The translations under genes were made by a program, and so were the position numbers. This document shows positions 35,541 through 49,641 of a stretch of DNA of 64,000 nt, one piece after another. Below the pieces are notes generated by a model. It was not told the DNA's origin. It worked only from the letters and a program-made list of their open reading frames with translations, and ran no database searches. Within the stretch, counting starts at the first letter, position 1. The number at the start of each line of letters is the position of its first letter. The stretch spans positions 1 to 64,000 of the forward strand of contig CAXHJY010001145.1 in NCBI GenBank assembly GCA_964016885.1, in the 5' to 3' direction. Source of the DNA: Eledone cirrhosa (lineage: Eukaryota).

Positions 35541-38500
35541 ATAAGAATCTTTGCAACTGACTCAGAAGGTCATCAGCAGAATGGGAGACTGGACATATTT
35601 CTCGATGTTATCCAATGGAGAGAAAAAAAAACAACAAAAAAAAAACAACATCAACAATATGTTGCTAAACGAGAATAAATGTGAGCTAATCTACTTTGGA
35701 AAAGAGTATACATTTAAGCTACCCTGTTCTCTTCCCCCAAGAGCATAAAATTAGAGACTTCGAAGTAACTGTCGATAACTTAAGCTGGAGTGCCCACATA
35801 TACAACAATGTTGACATTACCCGCATGATGTTCTTGGATCCTTAGAATTTTTCGGTCTCGGGATATTCATTACATTAACTGTCTCTTTTCTGTAGCCCAC
35901 TCTGGTCCCCACACGAATCAAAGTATTATGAAAACTGAAGCACCTCAGAGATCAATTACAAAAAAGAAAAAAAGATAGACGGCTAGAATATTTTTAATAA
36001 TAGGCCTACGGGGTGAGGTTGGACCTGGGGTAGAGGGGTGAACATCGTCGAGTATTCCAAATATTGATAATAGCTTTAATTTAAATTAATCATATTTTAA
36101 AAGATAATGATTAGAAATTCATTCGTATTGATAGATTCCTTATCAACCGTTATTTTGTATATTGTTTATAGTGAAAGTGGTTGTTGGAAACATACGCCCA
36201 TTTCTCACACATTTTCGCTTTCACATAAATACACTCACACACTCGCTCCCTTTCTTCTCCGTCTACTTCTCATTAGCTCTTTTTTCCCCGCACTCTTTCA
36301 TGCCCCCCCCCCCCATATATATATATATATATATGTATTATGTATTAGTTCGAATATGTGTAGGTTAATCACCGGTACTTCAGTATATATATATATATGT
36401 GTGTGAGGAAAGAGAGATCCCCCTCTTTCCCTCCATACACACACGCCTATAAAATATTACTCCACATTCCCCCAACCGTATTTCTCACGTCAAGCCTGGA
36501 CATGTCTCTGTCAGACCCCACTGTCCTGCTGTCGGAATGTCACATTTTCATGAAGACATTACCTGAGCTCCTCAACAACAAATTACTTCCGTTGAAGAAG
36601 AAATTCAACACCAGATAAGGGAGGTGGGTGGCCAACAGAACTCTAGCTTCTTCTCATCGTTATAGCTATTATTCAGTCGTTAAGTTGAGATAACGACCAG
36701 AACTGCATCACATCTCATCTGGTCGTCTCATATATTTATTTATATTTACCTTATCGAAACTGTGTGAATCTTTTGTCTTCTGTGTCAGACTTAACTACAG
36801 TCGGCCATTTTCATACATATTTTATCCCCAAACAGACGTGGTGTTTATTCAACTGATTCTTAGTCGTTTAATAATGCAGTTTTGGTGCTTGACATTTAAC
36901 ATCAGTCATTTTATCAAAAAGAGCGTCCAAATATGCTTAAGGAGTTCGCTTCGTAGCTATGTACTTTCGGGTTCGCTTCGTAGCTATGTACTTTCGGGTT
37001 CGCTCCCTCTGCCTCGTACCTTGGGTGTTTTCTACCAATAACCTCGAGATGATTAAAGCATCGTAAGTGAAATTTGGTTGCCATTATTTTTTTTTTTTAC
37101 CTCCAGGTCAGCCCTGCTCTAACAGACGTACGTTCCAGTCGTTACCAACGTGTCTTTTCTTCAGTTATAATGCATCTATGCAATGTTTCTTTACCTTTTA
37201 AAGACTGTAGCGCATGATGTGAGGGAAATTTGTGTTTTTTCTTGCAGGTCGAACGATTACATAGTTTGATCCCCCACCTCCATATTGAACCGTGTCAGAT
37301 GAACCAGTCCTGTTCTTGAGTAATAGACTCAACCCATTGCTTGGTTTGATACCACAACCTGACCCTTGCATATTTTTAGTGGACTCCACTCTGTCACAAA
37401 CATTCAGACCAGCTCTCTAGTTAAAAGATAAGTTACTGCTTTCTTCCCGCCAATCTCTGAGACCCTGAAAAGTGCTTGGAGTACTGCTCTATCTTCTCCA
37501 ACGATCATTAGAAAATAGAATAAAATCAAATCTCATTACATTCTGAATTCAAACCCTGCTGGAATCGGCTTTGTTCCTCGTTGACCTCAATAAGCATCAG
37601 TCATATTCTAGGATTGATATAATTGACTGTTTACTCCTACAGATAAATTGATTATGTACTAATTACTATTATAACCAAAACGGTGACTTGCTGAGTCGGT
37701 AGAGCCTCAGACAAAATACTTTGTGGTATTTAGTCATGTCTTGCAAGCATTGAGTTTACCTTTTATCCTTCCTGAACCTATAAAATAAAGTACCAGTTAA
37801 GTATTGAAGTTGATTTCATCAACTGCACCTCTTATTTGTAACACAAAGAATTATTATATACATCTGGAAGGTGTTCATAATAATATAGAAATATTCAAAG
37901 TTAATTGATGTGTAATAATGCTATAAAGAATATTTACGGGCAGAGGTAGATTAGCAGTCAGATTAGATTGTCCGACAAAATGCTTTGTGGTATTTAGTTA
38001 CGACTTACTACGTTCTGAATGCAAATCTTGCCACTGTCAACTTTCCCTTTCATCATTCTGGGGTTGATAAAATAAAGTACCATCCCTTCCGCCAAATTTG
38101 CTGGATTCGTGCCTAAATTGGAATTCAATATTTACAGTTTCTAGTAGCACTATTTCCTAGAACATACCTTTGTCTATCCTTATAATTAATCTAACAATTC
38201 TAGTTGTTCCAGTTAGAAATAGGATGATGGCCATGTTCCTTAACTGCTATCATGTCTTTAATTCACTTGTTACCAATATTTACAGATCCTAGTATTCTTT
38301 TCTGGAACGTGTTTATGCCCTTCCTGACAGGTAATCTGATGATCCCGCATGGTAGTCTCACATCTACAATTTAACACCCCAAAGCCTGGCATTCCTCTTT
38401 AGGGCCAGAAAATACTTCAACTTCCAACAGTTGTTAATCTTCTATAAATCTCAGGTGAGACTCACAATGGAGTACTGCTCCCACATCTACGATGGTGCTT

Positions 38501-38930
38501 AGAGCACACACACACACACACACACACACACTGCTTAACTCATCAATACACTCCAACCTGTGGCCCTTAGACATACTATCTCTTCTGTTTTTTTTTTTAC
38601 TTATTATGGCCTCTGCTCATCTAAATTGACTTGTCTTATGTCACTTCCACCTAGGCTCGCCCTACACACTTATATTTCCTCTTTGTCACCCATACTCTGT
38701 CTACATCTCTCCGCCCCCATCCTCTATACTAATCAGGATTCTTGAAGTTTACAAGGTTTACTGTGGTAACAAACAGTGCCCCTTACATGTTCAGGCAGCC
38801 TTTCAGTTAAATTGCATGGTGTGTAAGGCCTATCAAAAATGTTATTGATTTGCGTTAACCTTGTATTCTATAAGTGTTAAACTAATATACCATAATTGTA
38901 TTGTATTGTTCTCTGGTACTGTTTTTGATT

Positions 38931-39322
38931 TGGTGAATTGGCAGTATCGGTAGAGGGTCGGACGCCATGCTTTGCAGCATAGTTACGTCCCTTTACGGTC
39001 TGAGTTCAAATCCCGCCGAGGTTAACTTTGCCTTTCATCCTTACTGGGTCGATAAAATAAAGTACCAGTAATGAACTGGGTAATTGCTGGCTTTGTGCCA
39101 AAAGTAGAAACAATTATTATTATTAACACCATTATTGGTGGTGGATTGGCAGTATTGGTAGAGGGTCGGACGCCATGCTTTGACGCATAGAGTTACGTCC
39201 CTTTACGGTCTGAGTTCAAATCCCGCCGAGGTTAACTTTGCCTTTCATCCTTACGGGGTCGATAAAATAAAGTACCACTAATGCACTGGGTAATTGCTGG
39301 CCTTGTGCCGAAAGTAGAAACA

Positions 39323-39361
<39 letters not shown>
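38931..39361 (+). mobile_element. Two tandem SINEs; the second has a long (ATT)n tail
   Basis: Copies at ~38931-39120 and ~39137-39325, then (ATT)n to 39361. Confidence 0.9.
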
Positions 39362-42300
39362 GTGCTGAATCTCTCGAGACGTGTGTAACTACGACGGAGT
39401 AAGTCAGTTAAAATTTATTGGTTTATTGAAACTGTTATATAGTAATTTTTACATTTTTGTCTAGCTAAAGAACCCCTCTTTCAAAGGAGGTGGTTTTTTA
39501 ACTGTATCTCGCGTCTTTAAGGGCTGAATTTGTATTTATTTATTTACAATCATACCCCACAATTTTTTGTTTTAAAAAAAACATGGCGGACGGAAAAATT
39601 GTCCACAGGGAGGAACAGCGGGTTGGTTGTCCGGAGGGAGGGTAGGGTGGGGGGCAGAGGGGCAGCCGATTCTGTCCAATCACAAGGCAGAAACAAGAAC
39701 AACAGCAGCAGTCACAGTGGCAGCGGCGGTGACAACAGCAGCAGCAGCAGCAGTAGCCACTTGAACAGTAGCAGCAGCAGCGTAGCGTCAAACTACCACA
39801 AACATTCCCCGACATTAGAAAGATCAACAGGCACCACCTCCACTTCCACCTTAATAACAACAGCAGCAACAGCCATAAAGAACCCAGGGAGCAACAACTG
39901 TAACAGCAGCAACACATGAAAAAAAACAAACTAACAAGACCACCATCACCAACAACAACAACAACAACAGCAGCAACAAAGGCAAGACTAGCGATGAGTC
40001 AGCACAACAGGCGGAAACGACATCGTTTGCGAAAGCAGCAAAAAATGTAGAACAAGTACACATTAGCAACATGGAGATAAAGCAAGCCAAGATCTTGGTT
40101 AAAAAGACCGGACACAGGGTAAGTCTCACTCACCCAGCTAATATATTGAAAAACAAGCGTTTGTGTTCGGTCAGTTATCGCACAATTGGATTAAAAGCAA
40201 ACGGCAATGGAGTCGCAGGTCCAAAGGGCTATGGGTGCCGTCTGGGCACAAAAAACATACATAGCCAGAGGATCGAGGTATGGCACTGTGGACGTGCTCT
40301 TCGCTACACCGGAAGAAGCCAGAGCACACTCCATTGTGCCACTCCGCAGTGACGAAATAATAATGATGCCTACATACTGCGGCCAGAGAGTTTTGAGGGT
40401 TCCAGTAACCCAGGTTCCGTCCTCAGTGGAGATCGCGTACACGATGGTAGCCATCCTCACTGACGTCGAGGATTCAACAACTATTCTCGACGTCATGCAG
40501 ATAAGACAGGAGAATTGGACAGGGTTGGGGATGGAGCTAACTTCCATCCTCGATGTGATAGACCTGGATGACGGTAGCCATCTACCCGTGACTGTCGAAG
40601 GTAGGTGCCCAAGGTGTCATGGGTGCGGTGATGGGACGCACCTTAAGGCCTTCTGCCCCAAACTCAACAAAACGAGCACGCGCTCCTCCCTTCTCCCTAC
40701 GCCATGTCCCACGACTGGAGTGGACAAACCAACCATGACCACAGTGGCAGAAGAAAAATTACCAGCACCAACAACAAAATCACCATCTCCTCCACCACCA
40801 ACAGAACCAATGGAGAGCTTGCCCCTTCCCGATATTGCTAAATCGGACAAGGAGTGCGATGAGGCTGAAGGATGGAAAAACCATCCCGGCCCCCAAAAAT
40901 TCAACACCACACCAACATCACAGAAACAAACTACGTATATACCACCAAAATTGCACCCCCAGTCTATGCCCCAACAGGAGCAGGACGGCCTGACTTCTTC
41001 CAGCGTCTTTCTTGGAACGTCCCGCTCTTTAGTGTTAGTGGGTGACTGGAACGGGATCTTAGATGCACGCTGGGACTGTGTGGGATTAGCAGATAGGGGA
41101 GGCGGGTGTAAAAGCCTCGCAAACCTGCTCAGACGTTTTCAACTGTCTGACAGGTACCATTTGGATTTCCCAAATGTGCCAATGTGGACTTGGACAAACT
41201 GTATCGGGTCATCCAGATCATATCTAGATAGGGTATTTTGTAGGAAATAGATAGGTCTAGCATAGGCTGTCCACAATTCAAGATAGTTGACTACACAGAC
41301 CACAAATTCATGATCTGTGTGGTTGACTTAGCTAGGCTTCATAGGCAGGGATTCGGCTACTGGAAGCTAAACGTGTTGTTAACAGCGCGCAAAGCTTACA
41401 GAGACCAGATTTGCGAATTAGTTAAGTGGCCATTGACGGGGGCCATTGTCAACAACAAATGGTGGTTTGCCCTGAAAAGAGCGTTTAGAATAGAGTCCAT
41501 TAGGTTTAGTAAGGCGTTAGCAATAGAGAAAAATAGAGCAGAGGGAGAACTAGTTAGAAAATTAGATGAGGCGCTTAGTAAAGGCATCATGACCGACGTG
41601 CTTGCAGCGAAATTGGCCCTCAACCAATTTTTCAATTTAAAGCACGAAGGCTGCGTTGTCAGAGCTAGGGCGCATGCTCTCAGACGTGAGGGGACGAAAG
41701 CCGTTTGATGGGACTGAGTGGCAGAGGAGCATTATGGCAGCAAACCATGATCTGGTCTTTTTGCGGACCACGATGGCCGCATGTTACTTGATCACGGGCA
41801 AATGTGTGCGGCTTTTCAGCGACACTTCAGGGGGCAGCAGCGGGCCGGATTGCAGGATGGACTTTAGTGCCTACCTTGACAGACTGCCACGGCTCTCAGC
41901 CACTGAGGCGGAGTGTTGCGAAAAGCTGATAACAGCCGCCGAAGTACGGGAGGCAATGACTGGCTGCACAATGGGTAAATCGCCTGGTTTGGATGGTCTG
42001 CCCTACGAACTTTACGTACGCATGCCAGACTTGTTCGGCGACCTCTTGGTGGACGTCTACTGCAACTGGCAGCAGAACGGGACAATTCCCAGCTCTGTGA
42101 GCCAAGGAGCGGTGGCGCTGCTGAGAAAGGATCCGAACAAGGGGGATAACATAGATAATTTCAGACCCATAACTCTGCTAAACACGGAGTTCAAGATTTT
42201 GGCCAAGGTGCTAGCAAAGAGGTTGGCGCTTATGATCGATGGTCTGGTGGGAGAGGTGTAAACATGCGCCGTTCTAGACAGATCCATCCACGACAACCTG

Positions 42301-44230
42301 CACCTCATGCAATACATCGTGGAGAGGGTAGCTAGGGAACCAACCTGACATGGGTGGGTCCTTGATCAATTTAGATCAGTCTAAAGCTTTCGATTGAGTC
42401 AACCATCGTTATCTGGCAGCAGTCCTGAGGGTGGCTGGCTTTAGGCCCGTCTTCAGAGTCTGGATGGCTGCCATGCACAGCGACATCTGCTCTGTGGTGA
42501 GAGTGAACGCTCACCTTTCGGAACTGTTCAACATCATGGGCTCGGTCCGCCAAGGACGTCCCCTCTCAACCATGTTGTATGTATTGACTCTTGAGCCATT
42601 ACTGCACAAACCGGAGATGTTGAGGGGTGGGTGGGGTGGGTGGAGGGGGTCCCGTGCGAACTGGGATGCAGAAGAACCGTGTCAGCATATGCCGACGATG
42701 TCACCGTAGTGGTGTCGAGCGCCAAACACATCGAGGCGATCGGCACTACACTAAGAGAATAGGAGGCGGTGACAGGAGCAATGATCAACCAGGAAAAGTC
42801 ACTGGGCCTGCAGCTCGACATCTGGAGAGGCAGCTTCTTGCCGTCCAACAGCGTCGTCGGGCGCTGAACGGACGGACCGGTTAAATTGCTAGGGGTCTGG
42901 TTCAGTCCAGACCTCTAGACGGACAAAAACTGGGAGGAGGTAACGATCAGGGTGGCTTCTCTCACCCAGAAATGGGCAGAGAGGAAGCTATCCCTGAAAG
43001 GTCAAGTGGAGGTGGTGAATGCGTACATCGCGTCCATCATCTACTACTGCCTGACCGTCGGGCCTTGTCCTAAGCCTCGCCTGACTGCACTGAAGCATTT
43101 GCTCTTTCGCTTTTTGTGGAAGGAACGTGCTCCAATGGTCAGGCGGTCCATCTGCTGTCAACACCCGCTACGTGGAGGGCTGGGCATGACGTGCTGATGA
43201 TGTGCAGACACGCGCTCAGGCTACGACATCTCCACCTCTTCCTCGACGGTGATCATGAGTGGTTGCCGTTTGTTAGACGCGTGTTTCCCCAGCTCATCTC
43301 CTTGACAGAGTTGCAGTCCTGGGTCAAGTGGAGACTGAGAGGGAGTGCTTGGAGACTAGAATGTCTTCAGGCGCTTACAGCCCTTGACCAGTCGGGCAAT
43401 GCGATCGGTGGAAACTCCACCTTGTCGTTCTATAGAGGATTAGTGGAGGGGAAGAGCGACGACGTACTTGGGGAAACTCTAGGCGTCGATGAAAATCAAC
43501 TAGCCAATCTCTTCGGGAGAACTTTAGGGCCGGGGCCTATGGACAACTTCCAGAAATCCCTGGCCTGGCAGTGATACCGAAGAGCTTTGCCAGTTTTGGA
43601 TAAACTCTACAGGCATGGAAGTGCCATCAGCCAGGCATGTCCGAGATGTGTGCAGGGCTATGAAACCGTCCTGCATGCACTTGTCCAATGTCCGAGCATT
43701 GCTGACTTGTGGGATCCGGCTATCAGAAGGGCAGGAAGTTTGTATGTGTCTGGTGGCCATAGCGAAACAGATAGTGTGGTGGATGCATTTGAAAGGGCTG
43801 AAGACGAGCACTTACATCTTCGGTGATGCCCTGATTATCTTTTCAAATATCATTTGAAAAGGAAAATCAGAGTAGAGAGCGAAGTGCTCTCTTCCCAGCA
43901 TTTTGTTGAAAGATGGGTGAGAGAGGCAAGAATGGCCCGAGTGAATGGGCCTACTCTGAGTATGCGCCTGTAAATTGAAGGTGGAAAACTGGGAGAGGGC
44001 ACTTGCCCTGGTGGTCAGGGTCACCATGGCTTTTTTAATGGGCTTTCTCCATGAATGTCCCTCGGAAGTCTCCCCCCTATTGGGGAATTTTTCATTGTTT
44101 CTTTTTTTGTTACATCCTGTTTTTGTTTTTTTACACACAAAAATGCTCATTTGTACCATCCTGTATTGTCCTTAATGTTTTACTTTGTGTCAACCCTTGT
44201 GGTTAGTAAAGAAAGCATTATTATTATTAT
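39362..44230 (+). mobile_element. L1/Tx1-like LINE, near full length with an internal deletion, decayed
   Basis: ORF1 remnant with CHGCGDGTHLKAFC knuckle; APE motifs LVGDWN, TWTN, SYLDR, TDHK; RT motifs KSPGLDGLPYELY, FRPITLLNTEFKILAK, DQSKAFD, VRQG.PLS, AYADDV; C-terminal CPRC..HALVQC; stop 43971-43973; (ATT)n on both sides. Confidence 0.93.
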
Positions 44231-44231
44231 C

Positions 44232-45820
44232 ATGCGCTTGGTCTGTCAGGGTTGTCCCCTCTCGTCACTCTCGGACGTATTGGCCCTAGAGCCGTTACTG
44301 CACAAATTGGAGGCAATGAGAGACGTCCCGCGCGAACTGGGATGTGGGAGACCCGTATCAGCTTACGCCGACGACGTCACCATGGTGGTGTCAAGCGCCA
44401 GACATGTCCAGATGCTCGGCACCGCTCTCAAGGAATATGAAGCAGTGACAGGAGCAAAGTTAAACCTGGAGAGGCAAGTCCATGCTACCCGACTGCGTCA
44501 CCTGGAGAGGCTAGTCCATGCCACCCGACAGCATCGTGGGGCGCTGGACGGAAGAATCGGTTAAATTGCTGCGGGTCTGGTTCGGTCCGGACCTGCAGAT
44601 GGAGAAAAACTGGAGTGAGGTGATGAACAGGGTGGCCTCTTTCACCCAGAAATGGGCTGAGAGGAAGATATCTCTGAAAGGTCGGGCAGAGGTGGCGAAT
44701 GTATTCCGGCCCAACTCTGACAAAAATGGAGTGCCTCCTCTTCCGGAAAGGACGTGCTCCCATGGTCAGATGATCGATCTGCTGTCAATACCTGTTGCGT
44801 GGAGGGCTGGGCATGCCATGGCTGATGATACGCAAACACACGCTGAGTCTGCGATATCTCTGGTGCTTCCTTGACGGTGAACAGGTGTGGTCACCGTTTG
44901 CCAGACGTGTTTTTCCCCAGCTTGTCTCATTAACGGAGTTGCAGTCCTGGATCAGGAAAAGACCGAGGGATAGCGTTTGGAAGCTGGAATGTCTCCAAGC
45001 GCTCACAGCCTTCTACCAACTGGGCACTAGTATTGGTGGAACATCCACTTCGGCGTTCTATAGAGGACTAGTGGACAACTTCTAAAAATCCCTGGCCTGG
45101 CAGTGCTACCGGGGAGCGCTGCCGGTTCGAGATAAGCTCTACAGGCATGGAAGTGCCGTCAGCCGAACCTGTCTGAGATGTACACAGAGCGACGAAACTG
45201 TTGTGCATGCATTGGTTCAGTGTCCGAGCATTGCTGACTTGTGGAACTATGTCGAACATTTGCTGTCATGTGTAGGATGGATCCGGTTATCGACTGAGTC
45301 CTTTAAGGAGGAGGAAGGGCAGGCAGTTTTCATCTGCCTGGTGGCCATGGCGAAAGAGATTGTATGGTGGACAAGGTTGAAAGGGTTGAAGGCAGACACT
45401 TTCCTCTTCGGCGAATCCTTGATTAACTTTTTCAAATTTCACTTGAAGAGGAAAATCAGGGTGGAGGGACAAGTGCTGTCTTCAAATAAGTTTGTTGAAA
45501 GGTGGGTGAAAGTGGTGAGTCTGGTCCGAGTGAACAGGCCTGCTCTGAGTATGCGTCTGTAGATTGAGGAGTGGAAAACTGAGAGAGGGCGCTTGCCCTG
45601 GTGGTCAGGGTGGCCGTGGTCTTTTGTGTGGTTTTCGCCACGAGTGACCCTCGGAAGTTTCCCCCCTATTGGGGAATTTTTTGTCGTTTGAATTTTTTTG
45701 ATATTTCTATCTTGTTATAACCTTTTTACACGTCCTGTACCGTTCTGTGCCATCTATAATGTTTTTCTTCATGTTAGCCCTTGTGTCGAATAAAGAAACC
45801 ATTATTATTATTATTATTAT
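44232..45820 (+). mobile_element. Second, 5'-truncated L1/Tx1-like LINE in tandem
   Basis: Starts at QGCPLS..AYADDV immediately after the (ATT)n tail of the first copy; ends AATAAAGAAACC(ATT)n. Confidence 0.92.
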
Positions 45821-46433
45821 CATATATATATATATATATATTATACGTCCATTTTCCACACTTGTTTGGGTTAGATGGCTCATCAAGTTATGAGACAAGA
45901 TGGGTCAGGAGATAGTCTTGCTCATACAGACTTGTATTTTGACTTAGTTTCTATAGTTGGATGCCCTTCTTAACACCAATCAGATTTCAGTATGGATTGG
46001 GTGCTTTTTATTGTGGCATATATATATATATAATTATTATTATTATTATTATTATACTTTGAGAAGGTCATGCTGCCAATAAAAACACACACGCACTTGT
46101 TGGTTTCCACTTCAATTTATTATAAATTTCCGGTTGGTTGGTTGGTTGGCTAACCGGATGGTTGTTTATATATTGTCAAAGTTCTTTCGTCACACATCCT
46201 GTGACTTCCTCAGTGACTGTGTTTTTTATGTTGTGTCTCTCCTTTGTTCTGCCCTACACCATCTTATTTTTGTGTGTTGTGTGCTTAGTTTGTGCATGTG
46301 TTACACCCGTGTGTGTGTGTGTTTTTATTTATGTATTTACTTGTCACTAGTTGGTTGGTTGTTCTATCTCTATGTATCTGATTTTCTTTATTAGTTTAGT
46401 TTTTGTGTGTGTCTGTATGTCTATATTTTGTCT

Positions 46434-46690
46434 TTAATTACTAGTTGTGATGTTGTTATTCCACTCATGTTTTCTGTTTAATTTTGGTTGGAGTTCGTTT
46501 AAGTTTGTCACCTCTGTGATTTGTCTAAGCATTGCATCTTTTCTGTGTGTGGATATAATTTGTATCTCTATGTTCTCTAATGTGCCCCTATGTTCTATTT
46601 TGGCAAGTTGGTGGAGTACTGATGAGTTTTTCCCATCCTGGAGTTCTCGCCTTATCCTTCCTCCTATGCTACGGGCTGTTTCACCTATGC
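46434..46690 (-). pseudogene. PLE GIY-YIG C-terminal fragment
   Basis: IGETARSIGGRIRRE..SSVLHQL..RQITEV..LQPKLNRKHEW. Confidence 0.75.
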
Positions 46691-46787
46691 ATGTGTTTTT
46701 ATTGGCAGCATGACCCTCCCAAAGTATAACAATATCTGTTTCAACACATGTTTTCAGATAAGAATCTTGCAAAATGAATTCAAAAAC

Positions 46788-46837
<50 letters not shown>

Positions 46838-47174
46838 GGGCCTTGATAAAAAAACACCCAGTCCACCCTGTAAGGTGGTAGAGCTGGTACCATGGTAAAA
46901 TGCCTCCAGTACACACTATAAAGTAGCTGGTATTAGGAAGAGCATTCAGCCATAGAAACCAAATAAAAAATGGAAAATTTGAGCAAGATGCATTCATCTG
47001 ATTGGTCTAGCCTCAAAATGTGACAACCCATTTAACCCATGCAAATATGGAAAATAGACGTTAATTGATGATGATAATGAATATTTCCTCTTGCAGGTGC
47101 TTCTACATTTGACAAATCATAAAAGAAGTTGGAACTTATTTATCCGAGCCATTGGTACCCTCTAAACCACTAAA

Positions 47175-47377
47175 ATGGAAACTATAAAAAGAATTGATGA
47201 TACCAAAGACACTAGAATGCCTTTACAAAAGACAAAGTCTAGATATTTACAAGAAACTCCCATCAAGTTTCCACGGATAAACCCTAAAAAAATTCCCTCT
47301 GAACTCACTAACAGTGCTAAAAATCTGATGAATTTTAGACTTGCTAAATACAAACAAGAACATTTAACCAAGGAATT
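47175..47377 (+). CDS. Candidate host gene, first coding exon (exon 47097-47377); product unknown
   Basis: Acceptor TTCCTCTTGCAG, in-frame upstream stop at 47163, AAAATGG start, donor GTAAGT at 47378 (phase 2). Confidence 0.6.
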
Positions 47378-48073
47378 GTAAGTATGCCAGGGCAGGGTTT
47401 TGTTTTTTTCTTTTGTAATTTTTCATTGTTGTTGCAATTGCACTTTAGCTAAATATTTCCAGGTGATCAATTAAGTCTACCACCTAAGTGGGTTATGGCA
47501 GAGTGCAAATAGATGGAACCAATATCACAAGGTATTTCATTCAATGCTATAAAAGTTCTGCCTGGCCAGTCACCAAGGAATAGGGAGGGTTGCTAGATGC
47601 CCCCTCCCCACTACTTTTCAATGGTGTACCCTCAGATTTACAAAATAGAGTTTATAAAAAAAGGTTCTGAAAAATGTTCCTTAACGTCTTTGCTTTACTA
47701 ACAAAGAGAAACAAAGAGAAAAATGGAATTTTTAAAAATAATAAAACAAGTAAAAAATTTCAACAAAATGTTCTGAGCCTAGGAGCACCAAAGCTTGGCA
47801 TTGACCATGGATTCTGCTAATTTAATGCTCTAGATTGGTAATTTATTTATCAACTCCAGAAGGATGAAAGGCAAGAATAACATTAGCTGGGTTTTAATTC
47901 AGAACATAAAGAGCAAGAATAAACACTCAAAAGCAATATGTCCAATATTCTAATGATTTTTGCCAATTTAACTTTAGTCAGCTCTAATCGAGCAAACCTA
48001 TCCCCTAAGATATTCCAGCCATAACTATCTCATCTTTTATTTCAGAGACATTATCCAACATGTTTTTTTTTCC

Positions 48074-48292
48074 TTAACCCTTTAGCATTATTCTGTATTT
48101 ACTATTGTATTTGGTAAAAGCTTTACCTCATATGATTATCTCACATAATATTGAATCTATGAGATTTTGGTATTATTTATTTTGAGAAAAATGCCTTAAC
48201 ATAAATATGAGCAGCCAGTTACAGCTGGTTTGAACAGAAAGAGGTGAAAGAATTCTGGTTGGATACAGCCAGTTTAAATATTAAAGGGTTAA
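48074..48292. mobile_element. piggyBac-type MITE
   Basis: TTAA-CCCTTTAGCATT..AAAGGG-TTAA; same family as 33620-33833. Confidence 0.8.
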
Positions 48293-48419
48293 GATAGTAG
48301 GAAATGATTTGAAGGAGATCTGACTGTAATTTCTAGCAGGGCAAGCAACCATATGTAGTTGCTGACATGGTTTCTTTTTCATATTATTATCCAAAAATCC
48401 GTGGACTGCTAAATTAGTA

Positions 48420-49045
48420 TTGGTCATCATCATCAAGTCCTCACAACTGGTGCAGGCTGTCGGTGTACCGTTCTGAATTTTTCTGCAGTCAATAGTTGCC
48501 ACTAGTTTCTATCCTCCATCATGCATAGAAGGGTCACAGTGTTGGGCCTGTCCAGTTCTCAATGTTGTTGAACCAGGATTTTCTTTATCTCCCTCTTCAT
48601 TCTACTACAAATGTGCCCTGAATCATGGTTTTATACAGGGAATCATGGCAAAATATGTGACCTTATCAGGAGTGCTTCTATCTTTTTACCACCTCAAGGA
48701 GTGGTTTGTTTCTGCCAGCATATTTGTTAACTTGCCTCCTGACAAAATTGTTTGATGTGTGTTCTGTGTATGGGATACATAGCAACCTTCTGATGCCCTT
48801 GTGCTCAAATGCCTTTATTCTTTGTTCCATGTCAGCTGCAAGAGTCCAGCACTCACACCCATACAGAAGGATCGGAATCACCATGGACTTGTGCAATTGG
48901 AACTTTGTTGGAAAACTAATGGAATTGCTTTCCCATATGATATTCTGCTTCATTATGGCAGAAGAGGCCAGGCTGAGCCTAGTCATTGTCACTTTTAGTT
49001 ATTTAGCATTCTTGGTCAAAGTGGATTCTAGGTACTTGAAAGTAT
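48420..49045 (-). pseudogene. RTE-clade LINE 3' fragment
   Basis: FKYLES, TKFQLHKSMVIPILLYGCECWTL, IKAFEHKGIRRLLCI, MIQG; (GAT)n-like tail. Confidence 0.8.
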
Positions 49046-49241
49046 CTGTATGATGTTGGTTATTGTATCCTGGTTATGACTATTAACTAGAATCTTACTC
49101 TCTTCTGGGATTGGTATTAGTATTATCTGGAAAACTACTAAAGGGAGATCTGTTATTTGTTAGTATCCATCTTGTTTTAAATGATATTTAACAGTATTTA
49201 ACAATTTTTAAGTATATTTATCAATGTCACTTTTTCTTCAG

Positions 49242-49329
49242 GATACAAGCAGCTATCAAATCTAAAATAGCCACTAAAGAATCCAATAAGAAAATTCCAA
49301 AAATTTTCCCAGTCTATTATCCTCCTGAG
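49242..49329 (+). CDS. Candidate host gene, coding exon 2
   Basis: Acceptor CTTTTTCTTCAG, 88 nt, phase-compatible with exon 1, open frame (L)IQAAIKSKIATKESNKKIPKIFPVYYPPE, donor GTAAGA. Confidence 0.65.
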
Positions 49330-49412
49330 GTAAGAATGTCGCTACTTTGGTACTGCAATGTTACTGGCTATTGAAGCGCAATGGCTGTAAGGTTAAGATA
49401 CTGGTTAGAGGT

Positions 49413-49641
49413 TTAACCCTTTAGCATTTTCATTACCCTACATTTACTATTGTATTTTCACAGTAAAGGCTTTACTTCACATAATTATCTCATATAACAT
49501 TGAATCTATGAGATTTTGATATTATTTATTTTGAGAACAAAACTTTAACAGCAGTATGAGCAGCCAGTTATGGCTGGTTTAAACAGAAAGAGGTGAGAGA
49601 ATTCTGACCAGATACAACCAGTTTAAAGGCTAAAGAGTTAA
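49413..49641. mobile_element. piggyBac-type MITE
   Basis: TTAA-CCCTTTAGCATT..CTAAAGAG-TTAA. Confidence 0.8.

Noticed and set aside
39540-39929. Cys-rich and Ser-rich ORFs
   Set aside because: Alternative frames of the (CAG/CAA)n tract within LINE ORF1
40207-41250. ORF fusing a zinc knuckle to an APE endonuclease as a novel protein
   Set aside because: Best explained by an internal deletion near 40980 joining ORF1 to mid-endonuclease of ORF2 in a decayed LINE
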